Below are positions 19,801 to 34,800 of a stretch of 64,000 nt of DNA, in pieces (position 1 is the first letter of the stretch; each line of letters begins with the position of its first letter). The translations under genes and the position numbers were made by a program. Below the pieces are notes generated by a model that saw only the letters and a program-made list of their open reading frames with translations, was not told where the DNA came from and searched no databases. This DNA is from Callorhinchus milii (taxonomy: Eukaryota), in assembly GCF_018977255.1 (NCBI RefSeq), contig NW_024704743.1, forward strand, positions 68,884,001 through 68,948,000, given 5' to 3'.

Positions 19801-22800
19801 CGTCCTCCCGACATGAAAGGCGCAGTACAGGTGCAATTTGTTATTGTTGATTGATGGCATAAATCTGTCATCAATGAGATGGGCACTTCCAGCCAGCAGG
19901 CCACAGGTTGGCCACCACTGGACTATACTAAATACAAGCATTATTAATTCACCAAGAGGCAGGCAACTAATGGGTTATTAAACTAACAAATACTGTGAAG
20001 AGTTAAAAGTGCTGCACAATACAGAATGGCAAATCCTGGTAACCTTGATCCTGTAGTATCGAGAGCAGTTAGGATATGGAATGCCCTGCTGGGTTAAGGC
20101 AGAATACATATTGTCCTTCAAGAGAGAACTAGATAAATACCTTAAAAAGAATCAGCTACAGGGATGGGTGGGACTGAGGGGATTGCTCTTGAGAACCGAC
20201 ACAGATATGTGGGTGAGTGGCCTTCTTCTGTGTCCTCTCCCAAAAATTAAAGTACTAACATTTATCTCATTGGCTTTCACATTTGCAGGCGTGATGTATA
20301 AATAAATGAGTGTCAAATGCCTCCTTTGTGCTCAGTGCCCATCTCATTCATGACAGTATTATTATTATTTTATGGGAAGAAAACCTGCATGAATATAAAT
20401 TGTTGTTTTCCTATGTCTTAGCTTTCTTTCCGTTTTATCCACTGGTTTCCCCAGTTAGCAATTCTGTTTCTACGTTCAACTTAAGCTCATGCGATTAAAA
20501 GCCTTTGTCTTTCTAAAGCCTGCATACCAACTCATTTTTGAGATTAATGATTAAAAAATGTATTCAGTTTATGTTTTCTTCTACGATTCAGTAGCAGGAC
20601 AAGAGGACAGGCACAGTTTGAAGACTGCAAAGGGCAATTTTAAGACTAACACCAAAAGTAATTCTGTACACAGAAATGGGCAACTTGACGAGTAAATGAG
20701 GTCAAAGCATTGACTCAGTTAGGAAACAGCTCCATAATGAAATGGAAAGATGGTAGTTGGTATTCTGTAAGCATGAGATCAAATGGTCTTAAGAGCCTCC
20801 TTCATCCATTCTTCTTCTGTAATCCAACATTTCACATTGCTCATTAGCTGTTTACTAACTGTAATTTAGTTGATTCAGGTTTTGAACTTCTTGTTATTTT
20901 CTCTGCCTATAAAGTAGCTGCTTTAACGCAGTGTTTTCTCTTTTTATTTTGGGTTTCTAGCATTCAAGATTTTCTTTGTTGCTTCGGCTTATATAAAAGA
21001 AATAAACTCAAAACTCCCACAAAATGCCCGGACAGCACTTTTCAATAACTTGAATTGAAAAGCACTGAGGGTAATACAATAGAGCATTGCAAGATGTCGG
21101 GAAATCTGCAGGTCAAGCACGGTGTCGAAAACAATTATTAGTCTATTGCTTTTGTCTTTCAGATGGATTGCCTAGAAACTGGGTCAGTCTGTTTGTGTGT
21201 ATGTTTGGTATGAGACTGTGCTGCCACAGTTCTCTCAGACCACCAGCAATGAAAAAGGACCACCTGCTAACGGAGCTGTGGGCACTGTGCAGCTTTGAAG
21301 GGAGCCCGTAAGAAAATGCAGTGGAAAACCCATAAAAATGTAGCAGGCTGCTGAAATCACAAGATTAATAATTCTACTGTTAAATGAAAGCTTGCATACA
21401 ATAGAGCATTCCTTTAACACAAATTGTATGGATTCTAAAAGCAGCAATGGAATAAAGAGTGGGTGGTTACTAAACATAGTGCAAGCAATCTTGTGTTTAA
21501 GTAATGGGTTCCTTAAATGTGAATGATACCATTGACTGCCAGGCCGAGTCAACTGAAAAGCCATGCACAGGCAGCTTGTTAGCGGTCGCAGTGGGATAGT
21601 TTGAAAGTCTGAATTCCAGCCTTGATCAACATTTAAACTAGTCATCGCATTTGCTTTCAGTTGAGCTGCAAGCCAGAGCTCCATGTGGCACAAGCAGTCC
21701 TGGCCTGTAAAAGAACACCTCTGCTCTGTGAGCAGCAATGATTCCCTGGCCCAGTCTCTTGCAGCCTAGCCCATGTTTGTATGAAGAAGCGAGAATGAAA
21801 GGAGCAAAGGATTTAGAAAGACAGACAAAAACAAAATCACACACAATAGAACAATAATAAGAAATTCAGAAAGTTATAATGAAAATAGATTTAGAGATTT
21901 CAGATCCCAGGGACTTAAACACTAAATAAAGCCACTGAGACAGCTTTGGGATGTAGAACGAGATAAACAAGCAAAACTGTCCATTTGAAAACAGTCCTGT
22001 GGTTTTTAAGTGCATGTTGAAGAGGGGAAAAGAGTTAAGTTATTGACTTCCTGCAGTATCCACCATTGAGATCTTTGTAAATTCTCCCGCTGCAAATAAG
22101 AAGAATTATAAATGGGTCACGACTTACCCACATATTCAGGTGTTCCCATGATTTCTCTTAGCTCTTCGTTGTTGTTCACTTTTCTTGAAAGCCCAAAGTC
22201 AACAATCTTAATATCCCCCAGAGGTGATTCACTTGTCAGAAGAACGTTCTGTGGCTAGAATGATAGCAATGCAGAAACTTAATAGCCAAATTTTGTCCCC
22301 CTCCTTGCTCATCAGATTAAGATGACAGTTTTGACCATTGACCTGTTCCAAAATATAAACTAATAATATAAGCAGGGTTTCCCACTTAACTCAGGCAAAG
22401 GATTACAGGCTCACTCAAGCAAACAAGCACTTTAGATGTTTGAGAAGGAGGAATATTATATAGAGTATAGGGAGCGAGCGAGCAGGAAAGTAGGGATTAG
22501 TGGAGAAACGACCGCATGACACAAGCAGGCCAGATTAAGGACACAGTATGCTACAGCACACATTGACTCTAGCGCCTTTCATGTCAGGAGGATGTCTCAA
22601 AGAGCTTCATGGGATTTACTGTAAAGTGTATTGCATGTATATTTTGTGAACATGGCAGCTCACTTGTGCACAGCAATGTCCCACAAACGGCCATGAAGTG
22701 AATGTCCAATTGTATCTCAGGAACTTTTGGCCAGGAGGCCAGGCGAAATTCCCTTCTCTTTTTGAATAGTGTCATTTGATCTTTTCTCCACTCATCTCCA

Positions 22801-25800
22801 CTTTCCTACTCGTTTCCTATACCCTATAATATTCCTACTTCTCAAGCATCTAATTGCCTTGTGAAAGAATTTATGGCCTCTGCCTCAACAACAGCAGGGA
22901 ATTCTACATTCCAGCCAGTCTCTGTGGAAAGAAGTTATTTTCTAACATTTCTCTTAATTGTTTGAGTGGTTATCTTAAATCTGTCTTCTTGTTTCAGACG
23001 GTGACCAGTGGAAGTAACTAGCATAACTCTTCAATTCCTAACTCTACTATCCATTTCACACAAAAGCCACCACAAAAATTTGATACAAATTTAGATACAA
23101 TACAAAATTACATTTGTACAGCGCCTTTCGCGTCGGGAGGATGTCCCAAGACCCCACACATTTATATAGTTCTTTTCATGCCAGGAGAAAATCCCAAGGC
23201 AATTGAGAGTCCTGGTGTGGCATCTGGGCATGAGGTGGGAGCTAAGGGGGTGGGAAAGGAAAAGGTGACCAAAGGGGCGGAAAAAGGTCTTGAATTGGAC
23301 TTTAAAAAAGGTGAGGGGGAGATACTTACTCAGAATGGTTGGAATTCCAAAGTGGGGGCGGATAATAATAATGCTTGCATTTGATACCGCGCCTTATCAC
23401 GTCTTTGAGATATCCCAAAGCACTTCACAAGATACACCATAAAGTGTAGTGACTGTGTGTTTTGTGGGAGAAACATGGCAGTCAACTGCGCACAGCAGTG
23501 TACCACAAACGTGAAAGCACTGATGTTAGGGTGTGTAGGGCGGGGGGCATGAAGCAGGCCGGTGCCTCCTGAGTGCCGGGAGTGGCTGGGTTGGTACTGT
23601 TTGAGGAATTCGCAGAGGTAGAGTGGGGCAAGATTGGCCTTAATCAACTTACTGTTGGTTGACACAAGAACAAAAAACAAACAACTTGCACCATTGGCAA
23701 CAGAGACATCCCATTACAGAGGAAATGCTCCAAAAAGCATGACCAGAGTACAAATGTTTTTCCAAAATCAACATTAGTGGGTTTTTCTCAGAACTTATAA
23801 CATATGCCACTAACTTCCACCACGCCATTCCATTAAGGGCTTGAGCGAATCACTGGTTTAATATCTAAATACCAAATATTTTCTCAGTTCTCAGGCTTCA
23901 CTTCAGTTGTGACCACAAGAGATAGACCGACAACAAATGCCAATAGCAACCAAGTTTAGGTTTACCTTGGAATGTATTGTTGATGTGGCTTTTACTGCTT
24001 TCATGTGAGATTAGGCTGTTGTCTGAAGTTAAATAAATTTGAAACCAGAAATTTTACAATTTGTAGGTTTCACATAACTACAATGCAAGTTTACGTTTAT
24101 ATAGCGCCTTTCATGGACATTCCAAGGCACTTAACAATATGGCTTGGCACCCAAGCTGGGGGTGGCAAGGGGAAAGATGACCGAAAGTGCAATCAAAGAA
24201 GAAGTTTCAGATGGATCTTAAAAGAGGTGAGGGAAGCAACGAGTCACAGGGAATCCGGGATGAAATTCTACGGAATAGCAGATAGGCTGAAAAGGCCTCA
24301 GTTAACCCTAGCCTCAAATCCCCTCTCCTAAATTAACCTTTTACTTCTCGAAGTTGTTAAGCTTTTCTCCACAAATTTCCACCTACCATTTATCATTGTT
24401 CCTTGACAACCAACACCGGTGTTCAGATAGTTTCCACTTTTGTATTTAAACTCCTGCTTTAAGCCTCCATTTGGCCTGGTTTTAATTACGCACACATGAT
24501 TCACTATCAAATGTGCAAAGATGAGTACAAGAAAACACTCAGAAAATATTCTGAAGTCAGTGTAAATAAATGCATCATATTTTATGAACAAGGGAAGGAT
24601 CAGTATTACATCTTAGAGTAGTCCAGTTGATTAATTCATTTGCCCAGCAACAAGCCATGTGAAATAGCAAATGGGAGGTGCATTTTCAGCTAAATTGACA
24701 TGGATAAACCCAATTGCAGTAGATATCAGTTGAAAATTAGTGTCAGGATCTCTCAACATTAAGGGTAGCATTGAATCAATTAAAGATGCAATAATCTAAA
24801 ACAAAGTAGAGACATTTTAAAAGGAACCAAATTAAAATAATCTGTCTACCAAAACAGGCAAATGAACCTCGAGCTGGCTTTTACACATTAAGTTTTGCTA
24901 CCTATTTTTTGCTACCAAGAAAATTAAAATTGTAAATCTGGTATTTTGATTCATCTTGTGAAATAATGCAAAGCCCTTGTTTGTTCATGTGTGCATAATT
25001 AAAACCAGGCCAAATGGAAGCTTAAGCAGTAGCTTAAATACAGAAGTGGAAACTATCTGAACACCAGTGTCAGTTGTCAAGGAACAGTGATAAATGGTAG
25101 GTGGAAATTTGTGGAGAAAAGCTTAACAGCTTCCAGAAGTAAAGGGTTAATTTAGGAGAGGGGATTTGAGGCACTGGGAGAGGGAGCCAACTTGGGAAGT
25201 CCAAGAATAATTAAAAGTAGTTTCAATAAAAGAAATATGATGTACACAGCAACACATTTCAGCAGCACCAAAGTTCTCAAGTAATACAAAACAGGCAGAT
25301 ATTAAGATAATGGGCAGAGCTGGTAATAGTGGTGAGATAGGGCCTTTCACCATTGAGAGGGTGGCCTGGGTTAAATCACTCATCAGGGTGTGCATGATGG
25401 CACATTTGTATTGTATTTGTTCTATAAGATACTTTAGAGCCAGTTTAAATCAGTTTGCTCTGAAGTGCCTGAGGCTGTTGCTGCAAGGATCCCAGCTGTT
25501 GTACTTATTGGAGCAGAATCCAAAGCACTGGCAACAGCATCCAAACTACTCATGAGGAACAAATGTTTTGCCCATAGCTGGCACATCAGGGATAACTAGC
25601 ACATTTATCCTTAGGTGCTGAGTTCTCTGGTAAATGGATGAAGACTCATCAGTAATAATAATAATAATTCTTGCATTTGATATAGCGCTTTTCACGTCTT
25701 CTCGATGTCTCAAAGCGCTTCACAGAATAGACTGTAAAGTGAATTGAACGTATATTTGTGGGTGAAACGCGGCAGCCAATTGCGCACAGCAGTGTTCCAC

Positions 25801-28800
25801 AAACAGTCGTGGATTGAAAATGACCAATTTATTATTGTTTTGTTTTGGAGGGATTATTATTAGGTGTGTGGAGTTAGGAAACTTGCCCAAGATTTTGCCC
25901 TGCCTGGATTTGAACTTAGGTATCTTGCTTGCAAGGTGAGTGCTCTAACCACTGAGCTACAGGACTCCATGGGGTAGTATGCGGTAGACAACAAACTCAG
26001 GAGGCAACAGAACCACTTGGTTCATATTACAGCCCTGTCAGACACTACCTAGTAGTAGCTCTGCAAGGAAATGTAACAAGAAACGAAAGAAAGTAATAGT
26101 CATAGTTTGATCTTGTCTCAGCTCCGAGACACTACCCTACGAGAGGGCTGCTGTATAAATTCAGGTCGGTGTTGTTGATCTGCAATTTAAAACTGAAGTT
26201 TAAAATGTTAAAAAAAACTTTTTTTTCTTGCTCAGTTACTACTGTTCGACAGGAAGATGGTGACAATGCTCTCACGCATTTCATGCTGAGATGTGTTGCC
26301 CACCGGGAAGCTCCCAGGGAGTTCCTTGTACCTATCATCGATCTAGTGAGTCAAGGCTCAAACTCGCACTTGTCGGATGTTGAACGACCAATTCGTGACT
26401 ATTCTCCTGGGTGGGGGGAGGTAAGCAGGTTCTCCTTGGAGCTGAACTGGCTCCCAGGTGACATGCCTGGCAATGGAAAGTCGGCATCAATTCAGCCCTC
26501 TGTGGCGGTCTCACTCGTCCGGTTCCTGGGCCAGTCGGGTCCAGCAAGCAGCAGAAAAGCTTGCCAGACAGCGATAATAATGCCAAGCTATGAGGTTTTA
26601 GCTGGTTTTAGCTCCAGGAGTACCCCAAGCCTCGTCTCTTGCCAATCTGTGCCTAATACTTACCAGATGGAATTAGGTAAACAGGATGCATCTCTCAAGG
26701 GAGAGAGTGTGCATTCCATTCCAACAATCTATCTCTGGGATTTCCATGTGTAGGTGGGATGCATGGAAATCTCAGCTTGGTTTGGATACTCTCAAGCACA
26801 GTAATAGGTTTCCACATTTGTCAGACACCCGGCTGACCCTCCCCCCACCCAACCCCCACCCCAAACAAAAATATTTGTAAGAAGTTGCTGGAGTGGTGGA
26901 GTGACATTAATACTTTTGGGATACAAGAAGGTGAGGTCATTGAGCTCAGGAGGGGAATGTGACTGTGCCGCAGGAGAGAAACGAGTACAGGCCACAAGGC
27001 AATACTGGAATGAAAGAGTTAGTCAAACATCACACAGAATTTTTTTTTAATCAATTTAACATTATTTTAGAAATCTAAAATACACTGTACAATGTGAAAG
27101 TCCAATGTGGAATCTGTATGGAATTGAAAATGTGCTTGAGGTATCAGAACAGGAAAGCGATCTGGGACTTTTGGTGGTCAGGTTGGAACAGTGTGCAACC
27201 AGATTTAATAAAACACACAAAATATTGGATAGCTAAATCCTTCCATTTGATGTAGCACATTATTGATACAGTGCAAAATGCATTACAGTAATTACCGTTA
27301 AGGGTAATTAATAATAATAATCCTTACAAGTGAATTGACCGTATAACTGTGGGCAAAACGCGGCAGCCAAACAAACACAGCAGTGTCCCACGAACAGCCG
27401 TGGATCGAAAATGACCAATTTATTATTGTTTTGTTTTGGAGGGATTATTATTAGGAGTGTGGAGTAAGGAAACTTGCCCAATGTTTCGTCCTGTCTGGAA
27501 CTGAACCCAGGTGTCTCGCTTGCAAAGCGAGCGCTCTAACCACTGAGCTACAGGACTCCACAAAAGTACGGTCGAAGAGGAAGTTCTTGAGGTGGTCTTG
27601 AAGGTGGCAAGGGAGGAAGCGAGACGGAGGGACTGCGGGATGGAGTTCCAGAGAGTGGCGGAAGGTAGTGGGACGAGCAAGGCAGGGGACGTGAAGCAGG
27701 CCAGAGCCCGCTGAGTGGAGGGAGGGAACAGGGTGGTGGGGGTTAGGATGTCAGAGAGATAGGGGGGAGCAAGATCGTGGAGGGCTTTGAAGGTGAGGAC
27801 TAGGATCTTGAACTGTATCCTCTGTGTGATGGAAAGCCAGTGGAGTTGGGGGATGATAGGGTCACGGAGCCTAGTGCGTGAGAAGACACGGGCTGCAGAG
27901 TTCTGGATCTTTCTGGATAATTGTAATCAATTACAAGATTGTGCACTTGTGGGCAAACACAACAGCCTAATTGCTTATAGCAATGTCCTGTATCTTTAAC
28001 AAAGTGCCAAGGACATGTTGGCAAGTGGGCGTTCTTTATGGGTGAACCTGGATAACACATGTCTGGCAAACAATGCAGGCAAACCCGTTTCGTCCTCACC
28101 CAAATAACATATACAAACACTTTCTAGCCAAGGTCAGTGGATAATATAATTTGATTTTGATTATAGCTGCCTATCACATCGTCAAGATGTCTCAAAGAAC
28201 TTCAAAGGATAGAATATAAAGTGATACTGTGTATTTTGTGGGCCAACACGGCAGCCAATTTACACAAGTAATGTCCCATGGAGTTGATGACTAATTTTAT
28301 TTGGGGGGACTGTTAGCCAGGATACTGGGAGAAGCTTACTTTTCTTTTCCAATAATGCCATGGGATCTTTAATGTCCACCTGAAAGGAGATAAGACTTGG
28401 TTTAAGGTCTTATCCAAAGGATATAAAAGATACAAGTAAGAACTTGCATATTTATAGCACCTTGGTAACATTCTCACCTCTGGTCAGAAGGTTATGGGTT
28501 CAAGCCCCACATTGAGATTTTAACTCACGTAGTCTAGTCTAACACACCAGTGCAGTTTGTTGCAGTGCTGAAGACACCGTCTTTCAGATGAGATGGATGT
28601 CTCCTTGTTTAGATGGATGTTAAAGATCCCATGGCACTAATCAAAAAGAAAAGGCAGTTTCTCTCTGTGTCATGGCCAACAATCCCTCAAATAAACTTGG
28701 TCACTCACTCCATGGCTGTTTGTGAGACATCGCTGTGTCACTGGGACATCCTCCTAACGTGAAAGGCGCTATACCAAATGTAAGGATTGTTATTAGTCTC

Positions 28801-31800
28801 CACACGGCAATTCTTAGGACTAAAGGCGTGTTAGACAAAATAGACAAGAACATTTGCTACTTACTTTTAGGTCAAGGTGGACAATGTTATTTCTGTGTAA
28901 GAAACAAACTCCCTCTAAAATCTGCTTCATGAGACGTTTGACCTCTTTTTCTTTAAAGGCTTCTTCTCGGTCAGCGACACACTGGTTGAAAATTTCGCCA
29001 CCAGCAGCACTGTACAGGAAAAACAGAAGGAAATGCAATGTAAGTGTATGCAACACCATTCCAAATCTTTTAATTTGCCCTATCCTGTGTGAGGGGCACT
29101 GTATAAATACAAGTTGTAAAAAATAATAGAAGTAAATCCAGGAATTGCATGCAATCTCTTAATTCTGAATCTCAAAAAAAAAACATCACAGGAAAAAGCC
29201 CCAACATGTCCTCATTAAATTTTTTACACATGAAACATTTGTTCTGGGTTATTATACTCTGTATATTAATAAAAATGTGCGGTTAGCAGTTCTCCCGACT
29301 CAGCCCTTTATCACTGCGGGAATGAAACATCCCTCCTTAGGTTCAGCCCACTTCGACAAGACAAATCACACTAAACACAAACAGACAGCTATACATTAAT
29401 AACCCTTGCCTTTGACTGTAGTATGATTAGGTGTCAGCCTGCCCTCAATTGAAAGCATTTTCATCTCTGAAGGTTATGGGCTTCAGGCGGGACTTGAAAA
29501 AGGGGAGGGGGCAAGGCGGAGGGATTGAGGGAGAGTGTTCCAGAGTTTCGGAGTGTAGTGGCTGAAAAAGCAACTTCTGATGGTGTGGCGGAGTGTGCAA
29601 GGGACGAGCATTACTAACAATAATACTATTATTAATAATGAGAATAATTATGTGCGAAACAATTATAATTACAATGAAAGACGCTATACAAATGTAATTT
29701 GTTGTGAAAACTTCTCAAAGAGCTTTACAAATAATTGCTGTTTAGTGTAGTGATTGTGCAATTGTTGGCAAACACCAAAAGTGTACTGTACTTCACACAA
29801 TAGCAGGTCCAAAGGGCACCTGATTTCCAAACAAACCTGGCTCCAGTGAGATGCTCAATAACAAGATTGCCCTGTAATAACAGCATCATTTAAAACAGCT
29901 CAAACAAATACATCTGCCTTCAGATCAAATCTCCCTAGAATATTATTTATAAATCCAGTTAAAAAAAATCCCTTTATAACATTAAACCTGCTCAAGACAT
30001 GTGGCTTTTCAAATTATTAATTTTTTTAAAAAAATTAAAGATTCCAAACTTCAAAACTTGTGCTTTATAAGAGCTTTGTCTTTGATTTCAAATAAGATTT
30101 CAAAACTGAGCCCCGAGGAAAGAAAGGCAACCAGCACGTTTCAATACCGTCACCGGCTTTCAATCTGAAAACGTAGTTATCAACGTTTGAGGCACTCGGT
30201 CCTTTGTTAGTCTTGATCTGAAAGGCAGAATCCTGCTTTCCAAAAGGGATTCACACAATGATTAGTCACGGCATGGCTACGTAACTGCTGGAGACCACAG
30301 AATGGTCAGGCGACATTCAAAACCATTGTGACAATGCCAACTACTTTTAGTTTCACAAAAGCAGCCATGAATATACTGAATGTACTGTACAGCCACTGGA
30401 GATCCCTCTGCTTGTTTAGATATAGACATAGACCATTAATATGGCAAGACTTTCACCATAGCCCTATTTTCAAAGATTAAACAAATAAAGATTACCAATA
30501 CATTTGGCCAGTACAGATTATTGGACCCAGGATTCTGTGAAAGCTTCTTATTAATCTATGAACCTGTCTGAAAACTGAAGAAAAACAATCAGTTATAATT
30601 GTCAGTTATCTATTCATCTTAATAATAATAGTTGCATTTGATAAAGTCTTTTGTTGTGTCTCGGAATGCTTGGTGACGCATAGGCAGACTTCTAACTCTG
30701 TGCACTTGACAGATATTAATGGTTCTATGACTAAAACTATTGGCTTCTTCAGTAATCTCCTGAAGGGAGCCAGGATAGGAATACTGTTTCTTTTTACATA
30801 TAAATTTTCTTAAAAATGCTTTGGTGAAAGATTTTAATTTCTGCAGTTTAATTTGCAAGTCAGAGAAATTTCATCTGGATTTTCCCGTGGGTTTGCGGTT
30901 AACTACTCAGACCTAATTTCATGCTGACCAAAGCAGCAAAAATGTAAACCAGCCAATTTCCATATGAGTCTCATAAAATCTGCCAAAAAAAACCCTGAAG
31001 AATTTCACAACATGGACTATTTAAATGCAACATTTATGAAATTCACATGAAGCAGATAAAAGCAAAATCCAATTTATGTCAATGAGTCAAACTTGCAGGT
31101 TTAGTTCATTTTATATTTTCATTGTTATTCAACATTAGTCTGTTATCAAAGCAGGACACATTTTTCACATATGCACTGAGAATTCACAAAGCCAAAGTCT
31201 CTTTAATCATTGAATGCAGAAGTTAACTAGGCAAAGCAAAACCTGGATCATATTCATAATTTGTCATTGAACAGCAATGTTGACGTGTCCTGGCACAATG
31301 AGAGGCAGTGGAGGAACAGATGAGCTTTCCGTTCCCACTTGCAGTCTCACCACATCTCCAGTTGTTCCCTCCTTCCAACACCGAAAACAGCAGGACTGGT
31401 GTGGTGGAAGGAGCACCACTCGACAAAGAATTTTAATAATTTATTAACCCAGCAACATCGCTCAGAGCTGCCACTGTCTTGCACCACAGGCCACCGAGAC
31501 CCTCATACACACATTCATAACATCCAGGCTTGACTATGCAAACTCCTTGCTTGTCGGGCTCCCCAACTCTCCCTCCATAGGCTGCAGATCATCCAGAACT
31601 TTGCAGCCCGTATCCCCTCCCGTACCAGGCTCCGTGCCCCTATCACCCCCATCCTCGCATGACTCCACTGTCTTCCCAGCACACAGAGGATACAGTTCAA
31701 GATCCTGGTCCTCATCTTCAAAGCCCTCCATGGCCTTGCTCCCCCTACCTCTGAGACCTCTTAACCCCTACCAACCCGCCCACTCCCTCCGTTCAGCAGG

Positions 31801-34800
31801 CACTGGTTGTCTGATTGTCCAGCACCTTGGAACGTCCTCCCGATGTGAAGAGAGCTATACAAATGTAATTTTGGTGGTGGTGTTTTGAAGAACATACTCT
31901 TCTCCCTAATCTCTTGATATGTAAATCTACCACCAATTATTCTTAAAGTGTAAAACGAAACATTCTCCTCGTGCAAGTGTCATGGGCCTAATAATGACCA
32001 AGTGATGATTTTACTTCTCTTTGTTGTGGAGAGTCACTAAGTAAAGCCTGGGCATTGGTTCGGGTATGGTTGAGGTCAGGAACTGAGAACACATGACAAT
32101 TGAACCAGTATTGGAGCATTGGAGCCCCAACACATCATTCTTCTTGCAGTATTGCTTTTTAAAAGTTTAGCATTCAAAACGTCCTGTGCTCCTCAAAGGG
32201 AATAATAACAAAACTGCACATCACAAAAGAGAAATGCCAATTATGATCTGAGAGACAAACATTTACACAGAAAATATGATGTTTAGTTTGTAATGAGAGC
32301 ATTTGTGTGTTGGGGGGGTGCAAACTATTATTTCCTTCAGTAAAGCTTCTAACTTTAGGATAACAAAATTGTCTTACTATAAATCTATGAATAATTTTAT
32401 TTTGTTTCGATATGAATGAGTGCTGCTTTTTACTGTATGCTTAGTAGATGTTGATTTGAATTAGCATGTATAAGTTTCATGCGAGCTGCTCAGTCAAATG
32501 GAATAAAGGTCATGACCATGTGCTTATCTTTGTGGTGCAGAAACAGTTACAGTGAATATAGTAGGCACGACTTTAAAGGGATGTGACCATTTCAATACCG
32601 GGTTTGAATAGGCTCACTGAGCTGTACAATTACTATATCCATGAATTTTGTTCGGTTTTTGACGGAAAGATGGTTCCCAAAGTTAATTTACAAATATATA
32701 GTGCCTTTCACATCTGGAGGATGTCTCAAATTGCTTGACACAGGAATCCGACTCCAATCTTGTGGAGATAGGGGGTGGCGGGAAAGGGAGATAGCCAAAA
32801 ACATGGCCAGAAAGATAGGTCTTACAGCGGTTTTGAAGACAGGGAGGGAGAGGGACTCCAAGACAGAGTTCCAGAAAGTAAGGGCAGAATGATTGAGAGT
32901 TCCCCCACCGATGGTGGAGTGGATAGCATGGGGGAACATGAAGTAATCTGGTATTTGCTAAACAAAATGAAAAGCTCATGCAATCCTGACAAGAGTAAAG
33001 TCAAACTAATGCTCATTCCATTTACACTGCAGAGTCAACATCGATTCAATAGTGTGCACTCACAGCTTTAGGATCATTGATTTGATTCAGAGCACCCCAA
33101 CTATGAAGTAGAATCAATGCCCATCAGCTGGTGTAGAAATTGGGCTTGGGTTTAAAAGTTCTGGTCCAGTCCAATGGATTGTCACCAACCTTGTTAAATG
33201 TATTAAAAACAAGTTGCACTAACCATCACCCTGCATTGCTAACTGGAATTCTATGTATGGGCATGTGTGTAGATCTCTCCTCTCTCTGACAGCAACAGGT
33301 CTGTATAAATCAGGTTTCCCTACTCTGAACTCCTCTGCTGCTGAAAGCCATGTCAAAGTTCAACAGCCATATATAAAAGGGACACATGTACATCTCATGT
33401 CAAACAGGAGTTCAGAACCTTAGCTCAAGCTTTGAGAGATTCAAATTCTCTGAATGCTATTGATAATACTTGGTGACTGAGGAATCAATGAATTGCACGG
33501 CATAGAAGATTTAACCGGGCAATTGATTATGCTCCTTTGCTTTGAAAAAAATGCACGATTATTTTGAACATTTGAAGTCAAGTCAGTGCAAAAAAATGTT
33601 TGAAGCTACTCTTGACCATTGTAAGAAAATTCCATATTCTGATTGCATATTTATTCTGTTTGAAAAGCCAAAATCCCAGCTCACTGTCGTTCATATAAAG
33701 ATGGCAGAACTGCGGGAATCTACTGTCCATTGCTGTGAAACTGGAATCGCACGGAAAAACAACCCCACTAATTCTAATTCAATTAAAGCTACTCATGGGA
33801 GTGCATTTCAAGGGCAGCAACATATTTCAGGATTGATATTAAAGTAATAAACGTGAAAGAGAAGTTCAAGTAGTTTATTTTGTTAACAGAAAGTCTGCAT
33901 TCTATATTCTGGTGATATAATCTTTTCTTTCCCTTCATTGAAAACCTTAGCAAAGGCCATAACCCATATTGCAGAACAGTATCGAGGCTAAAAAGAACAG
34001 AGAATCAAGACATGCTAAACAGTGATTAGTTTCTCAAGGTTGTTTTTTAAATGCTTGTCAATCATATGGTGATGGCAGACTCGGGGATGTAAGCAGTTCT
34101 ACAGTCTTGAGAAAGAGTGAGAAAGATTAACAACAACAAGATTACATTTGTATAGCACCTTTCACGTCGGGAGGATAGTGCTATGAATTTCGCTCTCAAT
34201 ACCAAGTGAGAACTGACCATTAAGCTATGTTAAAGTGTGTTATATCTGTACCTTTTGACTTGCAAACGAGAAAGATGTCACTGGAAACATGCATATCCAA
34301 AAATAGCAGTCTCTGATCCTGCCACTCAATGGTTGGGATTGTTTAACCTGTGCTACAAGATTTGAAGAACAATATACATTCTGACAGAAAAATATAAAAA
34401 GTAAGATAAGGAAGCAGGAAATGGGATTAGAATATTTAGCCAACACCAAATTAGGCTCAACGGACTGGATTAAAAAATTTAAATTACCATTTTATAAAGT
34501 GAAACTACATTGCAGTTTTCCCCATCACTAAATATACACACCAGCCAGAATCACACTGATCCCATTTGCTACTCAAATCCCATCATAGTAGAGCAACTCA
34601 AGGGTAAAATACTTTACAGTCTCTCATCACATTCCCATAGAATCAAGGCATACGTCATTTCAATCTTAAACTGTGAATGTATAAATAAAATATACCCAGG
34701 AATGTAAAGGTTTACTAAATAAACAACCGGACTGGGACTGGACTGTTCACTTTATGTTTGGAGAGTGTGAGTTATGCACACACACCCTCTACTTTGAGTG

